Positions 37,017 through 50,481 are shown, counted from the whole stretch's first letter. The stretch is DNA of 55,791 bases, filler included, from Squatina squatina (GCA_031763465.1; 4 parts of 4 records of this genome joined end to end with filler, not necessarily neighbours in it); one strand, 5' to 3'. Numbers and translations are program-made. The notes: generated from the sequence alone by a model not told the origin.

Positions 37017-37560
37017 NNNNNNNNNNNNNNNNNNNNNNNNNNNNNNNNNNNNNNNNNNNNNNNNNNNNNNNNNNNNNNNNNNNNNNNNNNNNNNNNNNNN
37101 NNNNNNNNNNNNNNNNCGAGATCAGTCAGATTCATTGTATTGCTCTGTGATTCACGTAGTGGTGGTGGTCGGAGCAGGAGCTGTGTGAGCCTGTGCACTG
37201 AGAGCCGAGCCTGGGCAGGGCACTGTGCGCTAGAAACTTTAAAAACCCGAATTGGTCGCCCGTAGAGTTTTCCTATACTTCCTAAATGGTTTCCTATTTT
37301 TCTCCAGTCTGTCCTCAGCAGACTCGAGCTGCTCCAATGTAGAGGTTTTCAAAAATAGCACAAGATAATTATGTGTTGACTCATTCAACCTCATCAGCTC
37401 AGTAAAGGCCCAATGCTTTGAAAATTGCTCGTTGTGCAATTCCCCTGGTGTCCTTCCCATGGAAAATGCATATAACCTGTCCATTCTGTTTCATCATCTT
37501 TATCAGATCCTAGGTTTAACTTTACAGCTACTTGTCATTGAGATGCTAGGCACACACACA

Positions 37561-37563
<3 letters not shown>

Positions 37564-37595
<32 letters not shown>
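37564..37595. repeat. (CT)n microsatellite
   Basis: Directly visible. Confidence 0.95.
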
Positions 37596-37598
<3 letters not shown>

Positions 37599-38570
37599 CT
37601 CCGTCTCCTCCTTTCATTCATTCACCCTTTTTATTTTTCTGGTGGCCACATACAGGTTGTCCCTATAGATATGGGAACATCGCATTTTTCATATTAGATA
37701 TGAACAACATACCAGAGGGTAACCTCAGGATTTTCAGAAATATCAGCGACCTGGGGTGGGGGTGAATTCCAAGCACACACCTCAGCCCAGGTTTTCACCC
37801 AGTATGTGCCCACAAGGCACTACCAGAAGCTCAGAACAAACCACAAACGCTTCAATGCATCTATCATTCATTCCCGACTACCCATTACTTTGTATAGTTT
37901 ATTTCTCAGTTGTTGCATTCTTTGGAAGTCAGTGCAATGGAGTCATTCTATTAATATAAATTACATTTTGAAAGGTACTGAACTGGTTGCATTTAGACAT
38001 CTGATACAGTTCTGCTTTCTTGTCTTTGACGGGATTAATGTAACATTAAAATCCCTGACAAGATAACGACACCTTGCCAGTTTAAGGCTCATTAATTTAT
38101 TTCATTTGACTCTTGAAATAATAACATATTGTAAAGGTGACTGTTAGGGTAATCCCTGTAGTAATATCTTCCAAATTCAATCTTTTCCTTCTGTGCCCAT
38201 GGCCAGGCTATCATTTACTTCTCTCACTAGTCTCACTGTGATTATAGCGAGTGCATATTGAAAAGTAATTTTCCGAGTTTGCGCTCCTCAACCACTGGCA
38301 ACACATATGAGAAATTCGGGTGTGTGCTGCTTTAGATTTTCCAACATGGACCAGCATTTCCATTATATATTTCCATTATGTGCTCCCAGTGNNNNNNNNN
38401 NCCACCCTGTGGTGTAAGTACATCCCAGCCTTTGTTTCCTTCCTTTTTCCAAACCAATTTTCTCCCCTCCCGCCTCGTCTACTGAAAATGAAGATTGCTT
38501 GCTCGGAGACACTGTGGGAGATGGCCCCCCCTCTGTCACCTTGCCAAACTAACTATTACTCACTGCGAAT

Positions 38571-38681
38571 GGGAGTGCTCTGGCCAATATTTACCCCTCA
38601 ATCAACATCGCTGAAACAGATTAACTGGTCATTTATCTCATTGCTCATTGTGAGATCTTGCTGTGCGCAAATTGGCTGCCG
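38571..38681 (+). mobile_element. Deu-SINE distal fragment
   Basis: CTGGCCAATATTTACCCCTCAATCAAC...GAGATCTTGCTGTGCGCAAATTGGCTGCCG. Confidence 0.7.
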
Positions 38682-40899
38682 NNNNNNNNNNNNNNNNNNN
38701 NNNNNNNNNNNNNNNNNNNNNNNNNNNNNNNNNNNNNNNNNNNNNNNNNNNNNNNNNNNNNNNNNNNNNNNNNNNNNNNNNCCGCAAAATAACGGAGCAG
38801 CGCAAAATGGGTGCAAAAAACATGCTTTTTGATCCCCTTGCATTTAAAACGCAGTGCAGACCAATTGGGCGCCCTCAATCTCCAGCTTTGCTTGAGGCTT
38901 GCCAATTTTGTATTCGTGTGCACTTAACCTGTGACAATTAATGTTAAATAACTAGCTTACATCTTCATTATCCATCCCTTTCATCATTTTAAAGATCCGG
39001 ATTACATTCCCCAATATTTCCTTTCATTCAGTGACAGCAAGTTTCATTCTATTAGCCTAATCTTGTTCTTCAAGATTTTCTCTCTTGGAATCATAGTTGT
39101 CCCCCCTCTCTGTTTCCAACAGATGAGCTTGATTTTGAAGGTAATGAGCACTTATATAGAATTAATGCACAAATAAAGTCAGTTGTTTTGATTTATTACA
39201 CCAGCAACTCTCTTTTATCTTCTGTCTTTGTTAATTGGTGGTCACCGTTATGTTTGTTCTCTCCATTACCATTAATGTTGCCTATCTTGCATTTTCGACT
39301 TAACCATTCAACGCACTGTTGCTTAGCCTACCTATGCAGTTTGACCAGATACCTTCAGAAGTCAGTAACTGGTTACCTGAACATGCAGGTATTTTCCCTC
39401 AGCATTGATGACACAATTAGAAGTACGCATCTAAAAATCATTTAAGCACAATACAAACAGCAGTCGCCTCAGAACTTTGTTAGTCCGCCTGACCCATTCA
39501 TCTTTGTGGCACCAAGTGTCAGTAAACATTAAGATAACTGTCTGCTGTGAATCGTGGTTTGCAACTCTCCATTTGATGTGGCTGTTGCAAAAAAATTGCC
39601 TCCAAAATGTCCTTGATGTGCTTGTTGGCAACAGTGGCCTTGGGGCCACACCATGTCTACTTCATCCACAACTTACTTCCTTAATGTGCATTTGGGAACC
39701 AATGTAATATCAAATGCAATAATGAATGTCAAACTGTCAATTCAAATTCTGAAATGAGTTGACATTTTTCTATTTAGACACATGTTTGTGCGTGTTTTAG
39801 TGCATAACTGGTATATAGATACAGCCTTTAAATTTGAAGATTATTTTTCAGGAAGCCAGAATTTTTAAATGCAGAGTTTTCTATAACGTATATCCCCGTT
39901 GAGGCTCACAAGATTAAAGAGGGATTGTTGCTGTCAGAACAGTATTTTAAATCAGTTACAAAGAATTCTTGTCAATTTTAAAATGATTTTTTCCCCTTGC
40001 ACCATTGTCAATAAAGATTCTTCATCAATACTATCTGAGTATCTGTTGGAGATGTAACTCTCACCAGAATGCTATACTGTAGCCCATGTAGGTGTCACAA
40101 ATCCTTCTCATTGTAACTCATTCTCACTAGGCTTTCCTAGGATGTTGCATCTCCTCCCCAGATGTTGCACCTTGTTCCTTGTGTCGCATACTTGCTTTAT
40201 TCAAAGCTCTATACTCCACTGGTTACTCACGAATAAACATTTGGAATTGGTTTGGTACAAATACAGTGAAGACATATGATAACAGTATCCCTTGCGGTTT
40301 CAGAATCAGTTGGAAGAATGGAGTTTAGAGGTGAATGCAACCACCTTAATAATTAAGTTGTTATGTGCTTCCTATGGGGATGGTGTGCTCCTCTTCTTGG
40401 TGGGAAGGGGAGGGTGGGGAGGAGAGGGGAAATTGAGCAAATTTAGGTGAAAGATGTCAGTATTGTAATAATTCCACTTTTTAGTCCTCGCATTAACAAC
40501 ACAGCTCTAGTGGAGTGCAAATAAAATACAACGGACAACTCTTCTCAGTTTGACTCAACAAAAACCCTCTACACTAACTTCAGATCATACAGCCCGAATT
40601 CACCAGTGTGATATTTTCAGCAGGCATCCTTGTGTAGCCACTTAGCACGATGTCAGTTTGTGTCAGTTTCAAATGATGGGCAGGTTTGCACCATTGACTT
40701 GTATTGATCAGGAGCTGGCTTGAAACTGTTCCAACTCATTACAGCTTACAGGTAAAGGAGTTTCTCAAGTCAACGCAAGCTCGAGGAACAACACCTCANN
40801 NNNNNNNNNNNNNNNNNNNNNNNNNNNNNNNNNNNNNNNNNNNNNNNNNNNNNNNNNNNNNNNNNNNNNNNNNNNNNNNNNNNNNNNNNNNNNNNNNNA

Positions 40900-41640
40900 G
40901 TAAGACATCCCAGACAGAGTACAACAAGGGGCTACCACGTTGATAAATAGGAGTGATCAACTGAACGTTGCAGTAGATTCAAGAACTGGAAATGCTTGCA
41001 TTGGATAAAAGGCTGAGAGGGGACCGTATTAAGATATTTAAGAACTTTAAAGGAAATACGTAAACTCAATCCCTGAAAAATGTCCAATGTTGGCGCAAGC
41101 TCGAGGACCAGGGTAGATGTGTTCACAATTAAATAAGGAAAGATGAATACCCAGTTGGATACAACTTCTTCATGCAGAGGATGGTAAACATGTGGCATAG
41201 CCTATCCATGAAAACGGGATGTTGTAAATTTTAAGAGCAATTAGATTTTTTTTTTGGCAGACAGAGCTATTGCAGAACATTGAATATAAAGTGGGATAAG
41301 AAGTCGGACCTTTTGGGATCCAAGTGAGGATTATGGTGGTTGTATTTAGCCCGTATATAGTCCTGTGTTCCCTCAGGAAATTGGGAGTTGGAAAGAGTCC
41401 CAGTTTAAATATGTCTAGTGATGTTTCAACGGCAACCAGGGTCTGCTGGACTTCGCTCGCTTGCCTTAGGGAGTCGGAGAGGAATTTCTTAGAGCTCGTT
41501 CAAAAATTGGCTGGCACATTTTTTTTCCTACTTTTCTGCCTCCCCCAGGAGTTAGAATTGCTAGTGATTGGATTGTAGTGCGTGCGCTTATACTGTCTAA
41601 CGGACAGGCCGAGCAATAATGGGCTTTTGTCCCCTTTCAT
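40900..41640 (+). mobile_element. Degenerate CR1 3' fragments
   Basis: AGGCTGAGAGGGGACCGTATTAAGATATTTAAG (RLRGDxIxxFK) and TTCTTCATGCAGAGGATGGTAAACATGTGG motifs. Confidence 0.6.
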
Positions 41641-41979
41641 TCCGTGAGCTCATAGCATGGGATTTAATTGGGATGTTGATGTTTTCCTGATTCCGCAGGA
41701 TAATTTGTAGCTCTGCTGCGTCTCCAATAAACACTAAACAGCTTACCTGACAGTAGAGAGTAACTGCAAGATTTAATTCGTAATCTTAGCTACAAAAGTG
41801 ATTACGATTTCTCATTAGCAATTTTCATGGGACAGTGCATCTAATAATGAACTCTCTGGGGCATGAGGTGAGGATATTTATCAATGCTGTCAGTAATAGT
41901 GAATAATAAAAAGCTGTACATTACTGCAGAGTTGCTCCAAAACATAAAATCTAAAGTATAAGAGAAACAGTGCGTGGGC

Positions 41980-42102
41980 TGAAATAAAAATAAAGTGCTG
42001 GAAGTACTCAGCAGGTCAGGCAGCATCTGTGGAGAGAGAAACAGAGTCAATGTTTCAGCTCGATGTCCTTTCTTCAGAACTGGGGAAAGTTAAGAGATGT
42101 AA
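41980..42102. mobile_element. Penelope-like shark repeat
   Basis: TGCTGGAAGTACTCAGCAGGTCAGGCAGCATCTGTGGAGAGAGAAACAGAGT, a very common elasmobranch repeat (recalled). Confidence 0.65.
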
Positions 42103-42941
42103 NNNNNNNNNNNNNNNNNNNNNNNNNNNNNNNNNNNNNNNNNNNNNNNNNNNNNNNNNNNNNNNNNNNNNNNNNNNNNNNNNNNNNNNNNNNNNNNNNN
42201 NNAATTTCACCTGTGGCAGGAAAGGCTATATAATCCGAATACTTAGCAATTAATCATTCTTGCATTGATGTGTCCAGAAGGCATGTTTGGACTGCTAGAA
42301 ATGCTTATTTTAAGCCAGTAAAAACAGACTGCTTCCCCATATCCGTTTGATGCCTGAGGCGGAGATAAGTCAAACTTGACATTTTTAAAATAGGGAACTT
42401 GCACAGCCATCACTTATTAGCTCCTTTGCTAAATGCCCTGCATAACAAACATGGCTGTCATTGGAAGCTGCATGAACAAAATCCTTTTATTTCTGCAAAT
42501 AATTAGCATTAATTGGTCTTATTAACTGCACACACTGAAACCTGAATCATGTCAAACGTTTCATCAAAATTGCAAATGTCCAATTAATAATATGTTTTGA
42601 CTTTCAAATCAATTTTGCATTGCAAATCATTTCATGATTTTCTAATCATGCCTGAGGCAACAAAACAAATGTGAGTTGATCAGATTGCACAAGCCCTTGC
42701 CAATCTGAACTTTATTCAAGAATAACTAATCTTGTATGAACTCACATCTACAGTCACAACACTACAATTACATTTTTGCAGAAGCGTTTTTACTTTGCTG
42801 TTGCACAGTTCTTGAATTCCCTTTGTGTCTTCCTGGGCCACGAATTGGTGCTATTGTTGTTCTGTGGCTGGTTGTGAGGTGTTGTGTCAGTTTGAGGTAC
42901 TTTTTTTTATCTTTCTCTCTCCAACGGTAGTGCATTTCTTG

Positions 42942-43041
42942 NNNNNNNNNNNNNNNNNNNNNNNNNNNNNNNNNNNNNNNNNNNNTTAATTAATTAANNN
43001 NNNNNNNNNNNNNNNNNNNNNNNNNNNNNNNNNNNNNNNNN
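42942..43041. other. Artificial scaffold-joining linker
   Basis: 44 N + TTAATTAATTAA (42986-42997) + 44 N. Confidence 0.95.
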
Positions 43042-43310
43042 CTGCCTTTAATTATTGCTCCCCAAGCGGCCGGCCGAGGTCTCAGCGAATTTCAGCTCTG
43101 GGGCGATAATGGGGTGTTGCGCACCGGATGACGTCACGATCTGCGGGGCGCAGGAGATCAAGGTGGTAAGATTTAGTGCCAACGCTAACCTGCCATGGAA
43201 GTTTGCGGGCGTCGGTAATTTCGCTTTGTCCAATAGGTAAGCCATTAGTTCCCCATTATTGCCCCCCAAAAGTGCTAATGGGAGGCGCAAAGGAGGCCAA
43301 TTTCTCCCCA
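43042..43310. mobile_element. Right end of a GC-rich MITE-like element
   Basis: CCCCATTATTGCCCCCC...GTGCTAATGGGAGGCG...CAATTTCTCCCC is similar to 31000-31062. Confidence 0.55.
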
Positions 43311-43810
43311 AGCTACTCCTCATTATTGGACACTCCATTTGTTTCAATGGGATGCTCAGTGCTGCTGTTGTTGGTACTTTCTGTGGCCATTTTGGTTTTG
43401 TCGGTTCCCCAGCAAGGGTTCACTCCAAAATAGTGCTGTGACAATCATTGCAACACACTTCCATCTCATTCATGTGCTGCCTACATTTCACACCCAATTG
43501 CATTTGATTCAATGTGCAGCAACCTGTTCAATAGGCTACCACACGTATCATCAGCCACAATCAAAATGTACTGATTCAGAAAAATATTAGAATTTAGCCA
43601 ATCTAACATTAATAACTGTCATACACAACTGTTCACTTTAAATGACAGCATGTAGTTTTTCAAGAAGAAAGAAGTACGAATCATATTTCCAAAATGGATA
43701 TTAATGTTTGGAAAATGGTTTGTTTATGCATCTCACATCTTGTATGCTGCTTTGCTTGCAAAACCAATAAAACCTCCCCAGACAGCATAATGGTTAGATG
43801 TGATGTTGTT

Positions 43811-44050
43811 AAGCCACATAGGCCAGAAGATCCCAGGTTTTGATTCCTGGTCTATGCTAAAGTAGCTAAGCTCGTCTGAGGCAGTTGGCATTCTCCAATG
43901 AGTCTCAGCAACCATGGAATAGGGAGGAGAAAAACGATCCAAGGTTCTCCCCGCTGACCTGGCAAGGCTTTTGGAAGCGACTTGCGTATGGACATCAAAG
44001 GTATCAGCAGGTTTTACTAACCAAATAGGCAGCCAGCACTCATTAGCCTT
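43811..44050 (+). mobile_element. LF-SINE-like element
   Basis: CCAGAAGATCCCAGGTTTTGATTCCTGGTCTATGCTAAAGTAGCT...GGCAGTTGG...AGGGAGGAGAAAAA...CAAGGTTCTC. Confidence 0.65.
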
Positions 44051-44399
44051 GATGTTGTACTGTGGGCATCAGAGTCAGAAAATCAGTTAAGTAGGCCCAT
44101 GCGCCTAATTAACCACGGGCAAAGAAAACTGGCAGGCTGTGCTAGTGGCCAGCANNNNNNNNNNNNNNNNNNNNNNNNNNNNNNNNNNNNNNNNNNNNNN
44201 NNNNNNNNNNNNNNNNNNNNNNNNNNNNNNNNNNNNNNNNNNNNNNNNNNNNNNGTGTCAACAGGTTTACAACTCCACTACAGATAGTGAACAGATGAAA
44301 TCTTTCCCACAAGTGTCCAAGCTGCATATTTTCACATGACTGTAGCTGAATACTGCACTAATGTGAAGTGCTTCACCTTCGGGCCTAACTACGATCCAG

Positions 44400-44760
44400 T
44401 CATAACAACAACAACTTGCCCATACAGAGAGGCAACTCAGATTGCTTCATAGGGAGGTGGCTAGAGAGAGGCACAGAAAAATAAGGAGAAAGAGGAGAGG
44501 GNNNNNNNNNNGAGGTAGCAAAAGAATGGTCTCAAAGATTGAAGGCAGGGAAGGAGGTGCCAAGAGGGAAATACTGAAACGGGCAGTTTCTAAAGTTAGG
44601 CACAGAGTGGCTGAAAGATTATCTCCCAGTGATGGATCAGGGAGAGCAAGCAACAATAAGCAGGGCAATGTCTAGAGAACCAAGAATGTGCACATGGGGC
44701 TGATAAAGCTGAGATTGCAATAAAGATCAGCAGACTTGAATTTGTTCGAACCTCATATTG
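44400..44760 (-). mobile_element. Degenerate L2 fragment
   Basis: ACAACAACAACTTGC tail and a purine-rich body. Confidence 0.45.
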
Positions 44761-45984
44761 GGAACTGAATGTTGTTACATGAATAGTCCTTTCCTCAAGA
44801 GGATCCTTGATGAAGTGCTGTCAAGGTTAAATGATAAGAAGCAGTGAAATATTTAGACAAAAATAATGACTTTGATTGCAAACCTACTTAAGTGTCTTGA
44901 GCTGTTTTTCTTAAGCATTGAGAAACACGCAGGTTATTTTTTACACTGTCATGGATATAATCGAAACTTGAAAAATCTGTTGAGGCTTAACAGTGTTTTT
45001 AATCCAGTAACTGTGGAGCTCAAAATGAAACCAAGACCTCTAGCCAACGCCTCGCTCTGCAAATGATGTATCTATTCCACTAACTTTATTAAAATAATTA
45101 CACAAACTTTGCATCAGGATGATAAATTAAGGAAGATGTTAACACAAAAATATAAATGAGCAGCAGGAGAAATAATAATTGGAAAAAAAATAGGTGGTGC
45201 AGAAAGGTGATGCAATGTTTGAAAGGAAATCTGTGAGCAGACACATTAACAACATGCTTCAGTGGTGCCGGAGGTCATAATTGTGCGAGCAGGAGCTGTT
45301 AAAATGGAGCAATATTGTAATATCAATGTGTGGCTAATGCGAGCAAATGAACTGTGTCTGATAACCCCCAAAGAGAAATGGACCAAGTCTAGACAGCTCA
45401 GTCCAAGAACGAGTGAATGTCAAAGCTGGATTTCATGTGACAGAATCCTCCAGTGTAAATAGCCTCAGGAAGATGGATGAGATTCATGAAGTGTGACCAA
45501 TTTTGAAACAGAGCCTTCTTGACAAAAAAAAAGATTTTTATTCCATGGTCAGGATTCTGTGTAATTGTAAAGTCCCACATCTACTTGTGTTTTACCCCCA
45601 CCCCACCCCCCACCCTCGCTACATCCTTAATGTCGACTCATTTCACTTATTGATCAATTTCTAAGCAATGCAGTCAATCAGGATTCCTCTGTTAAACAAT
45701 ATTAGTTCAGTAGTTGTCATGCATCTCATTGCAAATGCAGGCAATCATAGGTTAAATATTGGATGAGACAGAGAGGAACTTGCAAGGCTGCAATTTAGTT
45801 GGGGGTCCTGATGATGTCATCAACCACAAGAACAATTTCTCAAACTCAAAGGAATCCTGTGGACTGGATTACATCTTGAAACTCTCCCATTGATTGCTTT
45901 CTTATAATGAATGCTAATGTTTTTATTTTTAAAGTTTATTTTCTATTTTACTTTTGGTTATATGCTGTCCAACAGACTTGCATT

Positions 45985-46225
45985 TTTTTTTAATTATTTG
46001 TTCTGGGGTGTGGGCACACTCCCACAGTGTTGTCAGGGAGTGAGTTCCAGGATTTTTGACCCAGCAACAATAAAGGAATGCCGACATGTTTCCAAGTCAG
46101 GATGGTGTGTAACTTGGAGGGAAATCTGCAGATGATGGTGCTCCCATGCACCTGCTGCCCTTGTCCTTGTGGAGGTCGTGGGTTTAGGAGGTGCTGCCGA
46201 AGAAGCCATGGCGAGTTGTACTGGA
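45985..46225 (-). mobile_element. LINE 3' fragment (shark CR1-like)
   Basis: Encodes FPSKLHTILTWKHVGIP / KSWNSLP motifs, with a T-run at the left end. Confidence 0.65.
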
Positions 46226-47104
46226 GAAAGGATAAGAAACCTGACAGACATTTGACCTGGAAGCTTTGACCATATATCACTGTAGCACCGCCAAGTTTTT
46301 TTTCTGATTCCGAGATTATCTGGAAGACTATCCAAATATTTACGAACTCGCCTCATTATTGGCCCTCACCACATTCAGTTAAGTAACATAAACCTAGAAA
46401 TTATCCAGCAAATCAATATAAAGATTTAGGCTGGTGGANNNNNNNNNNNNNNNNNNNNNNNNNNNNNNNNNNNNNNNNNNNNNNNNNNNNNNNNNNNNNN
46501 NNNNNNNNNNNNNNNNNNNNNNNNNNNNNNNNNNNNNNGGAAAGGCCGAACATCTCGCCACAGAGATCGTGAGATCTTTGTGCAAAGCTTACTTCGGGGC
46601 CAGCGGCGAGCGCCTTCGCTTTGACACTGGCTGCAAATTTCTGGCCAACTTGTCTAAAAGCCTGTTCCCTAGACTTGCTTCTACCTGCAGAACTTTCTCC
46701 CAGACGCTTGAGGCTAGATTGTGCACTCCTGATATGGAGCTTCGCAAACTGAGATGCACATCGGAAAACCTAACCCAGCCGACCCCCACAAGATTTTCCA
46801 CTCATGGAAATAAATGAATGGCGACAAAATCCCGCCAGAGGCGCAACCTCTGAATCTGCACTCCAGTGCTCTGTGCCGAGAGCACAAATTTGTCAGATTC
46901 CAAATCCCAATTGAATTTGTCGCTTGAACCCCAAAAATTCCATCGCCCAGTCAGCCCTCACTTGCTGAATCAGTGTTGTTGAAAGATTAGAACATGTTGA
47001 ACATGTACTGGCAACCCAATTAGGTTTATCCAGGTCTAACTAAACTCTCAAATGCCAGCAGCATAAAATCCATAGGAACATCGATTTTCAGTACAGTTGA
47101 GCCC

Positions 47105-47245
47105 TGATAGTGGTGAGAATGTGGAACATGGAGTGGTTGGGGTGAGCAGCATGGATGCATTTAAGGGGAAGCTAGATAAACGCATGAAGAAGAGAGGAAT
47201 CGAAGGGCATCTTGATAGGGTGAGATGAAGTAAGATGGGAGGCCA
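47105..47245 (+). mobile_element. CR1 3' fragment
   Basis: GTGGTGAGAATGTGGAAC...GATGCATTTAAGGGGAAGCTAGATAA is homologous to 19300-19440. Confidence 0.75.
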
Positions 47246-47863
47246 CTTTCTCTTGACACAACGGGTGTCCTTGAAAGACAGTTTTCACTGTACTGACTAG
47301 TTCCCAGGGTTCCCCTTTGCTAATTTCTGACAGGGTCTGCTAGCTAAAGGGAAATAGTACCATAGTTTCCAGCTGTTTATTAGATTAATATAGAGCAGCA
47401 AAAATAAATCATCGAGTATAGAAAAATACAGTAAAAGCATGGGATTTAGAATTCCTGGGACACTCTACTTGCTGTTCATACTTCCAGTGGGACAAACAGC
47501 TGATGATTTTCTGGATTCCCCTCATGGGGGACACAGAGTCCAATTTGAAAACCTATGACCAAGGAGAAGGTAGATAAATTTCCTCGGCAGGACATAAAGA
47601 AAATATCAATTCTGTCACCCTGCCAGCCCAAGATGACACTCTGGATGTAGCTGGGGGCTCATTTTCTTGGTGGAAGTGGGCTGGCGGGGTAAGGGGAAGA
47701 GATTGATGGAAAGAATTGTACGAAATGTAAAAATAAAGATGTGTTATTGAAGCGAAGATATTGCCTGTTGTGGGACCTTAAACAAATCGTAGAAGAAGGC
47801 TGTCATTCTGAGCCTCACGGCCACAATTGAGCCGTTACTTCAAACCGGAACACGACAAGTAAT

Positions 47864-47924
47864 TTATCGAAGCTGCACGCTTGTGCTTTTCTCCTCATAT
47901 ATAGTTGGTGCTTTCTCATTCTGG
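47864..47924 (-). CDS. Candidate terminal coding exon of an unidentified gene
   Basis: Long polypyrimidine tract tcttttgccttttatttgtctccccacag| followed by QNEKAPTIYEEKSTSVQLR*. Confidence 0.45.
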
Positions 47925-50271
47925 CTGTGGGGAGACAAATAAAAGGCAAAAGATCCCTGCGATATTAAAACCATCAACTATATTTATATAAAATACCAAA
48001 GTTCAAGCGTAACTTCGCAACGGTCAGAATGAAATGTTAATAGTCAATAAGAATATTGCTAAAATCCATCAACGCAGTAAAAAGCTGCAGATAGACCCAA
48101 TCAACAGACAAAGCTATTTTCAATCACAATAGCTGACTGCAGTATAAAATTTAATCCTGTGACTCTAGCTGCATGTGTTTCTATTCATTGCAAGTTATCT
48201 CCGAGCCCGTAAGAATTTCAGAACACAATCCACGTCTTATTTCACAGAGGCTGACATTTGAAATTGGAATTACTGTCCTAATCTGTATATTACTGCTATA
48301 AAAATATCACTTTTAGTCAAGTATTTATTAACTATTTCTTTCTGAGGTATTGATGTGTTGCACAGTTTGATAAAAATCTAATCCTTTTGCGGATGTAATA
48401 AACTCAGCTGTTTCAGTATCTCATAAGCATGCTGAGATTAATGAAGTTTCAGTGTGAAGACCTTTATTCATTGGGACTATATCCGCCTCCATGTGACAGC
48501 GAAAGATACCCAGGTCTTTCTTATCAGCTTCAGAGGTCTACCTGCATCTACTCAAAGCCTTTCACGAGTCGTTGACAGCACAGGAGTTTAAAATCACATG
48601 AGAAATAGCCAGCCATCCACAACTGTCAAACACTGCCTGGGAGAAGTAGAAAATCCTCTTTTTATCAAGCGCTACAGTTCCACCAACAATAAATCACGTT
48701 AGCAGATTGAGGCCTGAAAAATACTGCTGATGTTTCACTGAGGTAAATGACAAAAGTGACTTTGGATTATGAAGGACACCGTGAAACAAGGTGGGAGAAA
48801 GATATGGCACATTCATCTTTTTTTTTGAGGAAGTATTTTTAGGTGTTTGCCAAGAGAAGAAAAATTGGCTTGTTCACTTTCGATCATCCATAAATGTTCC
48901 TGACTACAGTTCTGTACTTTGAGGTCATGAACGCCTGATGCTGCTATCGTATATTTGAAGCCTTCAAGTGTGGTACACCTGCCATTTTGCTCAATAGTGA
49001 CAAGATGAAAGTAATGGCACAGCCAGCCTAGTTTTCTTTTTCTTTTCGCAGTTATCCATCTGGAGCCGAGTAGATATGGGCCCACATCACAAAGCTGCCC
49101 CACATTTTGCATGAAATGGGATGGATAATTCCAGATCCCAATTAGGTCAAAATTCAGACTCTTAATTTGCACAACTTGAGTCACTCTTTTTATATTTATT
49201 ACAGCTGGGTGATCTCAGAAGTGTGGAGATAAGTCATCTTCCAGACTAGTTAGATGTTCTATACTAGTTTCAGTCTATATATAAAGCAATTGAAACATAT
49301 AATTCATATTTCATGAAGCTCTGTGTAATAAGTTGTTCCGTTTCACAAATGCAGCAGATTTCTCTGGTTTGGAGTTAGAAATAATATCAATCACAGAAAC
49401 CTGTATTACANNNNNNNNNNNNNNNNNNNNNNNNNNNNNNNNNNNNNNNNNNNNNNNNNNNNNNNNNNNNNNNNNNNNNNNNNNNNNNNNNNNNNNNNNN
49501 NNNNNNNNNNAGAAAGAGATGTGCTGGAAGATACGCCTGTCATTAAATAGAAGAAAAGTGCTCCAGTCTCCGGATTTTGCATTAACTTTTCACTGTAGCA
49601 GCTCTCTCATTTCTCTCTCATTTTTTGCTTCACCATAACTCAAGCCGTTTTCGAAGAACCACCTGTCACATTTGTTTTAATTGTTTTGCTACACACCATT
49701 GATCCTAATCATGAAATGAGATTATTTCTTGATTCAAAAAGCTTCAGCTCACCGACAGATACATATATTATGCAGATGTTACAGCGAGTAGAAATGAAGA
49801 GCTTCTCACATTACATTGCCACATAGATATAAATTAACGGGGTAAATGCACAGTTCTGATAGCTCTAGAGGAGAGCTCCTTGTTTATTTTCTGAGATGAA
49901 ATAACTTTATTATAATAAAGTATAAATGAGATAAATAAAATGGACACATTTACAGCACATAGAGGAACACGCCTGCTTTTATGAGTACAAAAAGCTAAAA
50001 TAAGAACAGAGTTCATTAACATGCAGTAGTTGAGAGCTAACAATTCAATTATAGCACCGTTTATCCTTCTCAACCTTCAGCCAGTTAAACAGAGAACAAT
50101 GATTTAGTATTAGTTGATCTTCCATGATATTGCTCATGAACATTTCTTTTCCTAATTGGAATTGTATAACCTCAGCAGCTGAGGTTTGTTCAGAAAGGGG
50201 TTATTCATAAATTGAGTCCCAGGTGTGTCTGGGGCAGCAGGGCCTGATCAGGCCCAGACATTCAACTTAAT

Positions 50272-50481
50272 TAGGGTGACCAGACATCCCAGTTTTGCCG
50301 GGACAGTCCCAGTTTTTGAGGAAGTGTCCCAACACTTACCTCCAAAAGTGCTCAAATGTCCCGTTTTCTTTGTGCCCATTCCCGGCGAAGAACACATTGC
50401 GCATGCGCAGCCACGGTGGAGACTGGACTGCCCGTGCGCAGACCGACTGCCCTGGTTTGGGCTTCCGATCTGGCCACCGTA
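50272..50481. mobile_element. hAT (Blackjack/MER81-MER94-like) MITE
   Basis: TIRs TAGGGTGACCAGA / TCTGGCCACCGTA and subterminal TGTCCC/GGGACA repeats. No target-site duplication seen. Confidence 0.7.

Noticed and set aside
46539-46817. ORF GKAEHLATEIVRSLCK...
   Set aside because: Overlaps a MITE-like terminus (TGCAAATTTCTGGCC); no domain or splice signals recognised.
49052-49145. Strong plus-strand acceptor (ttttcgcag)
   Set aside because: All three frames hit stops quickly, with no recognisable peptide.
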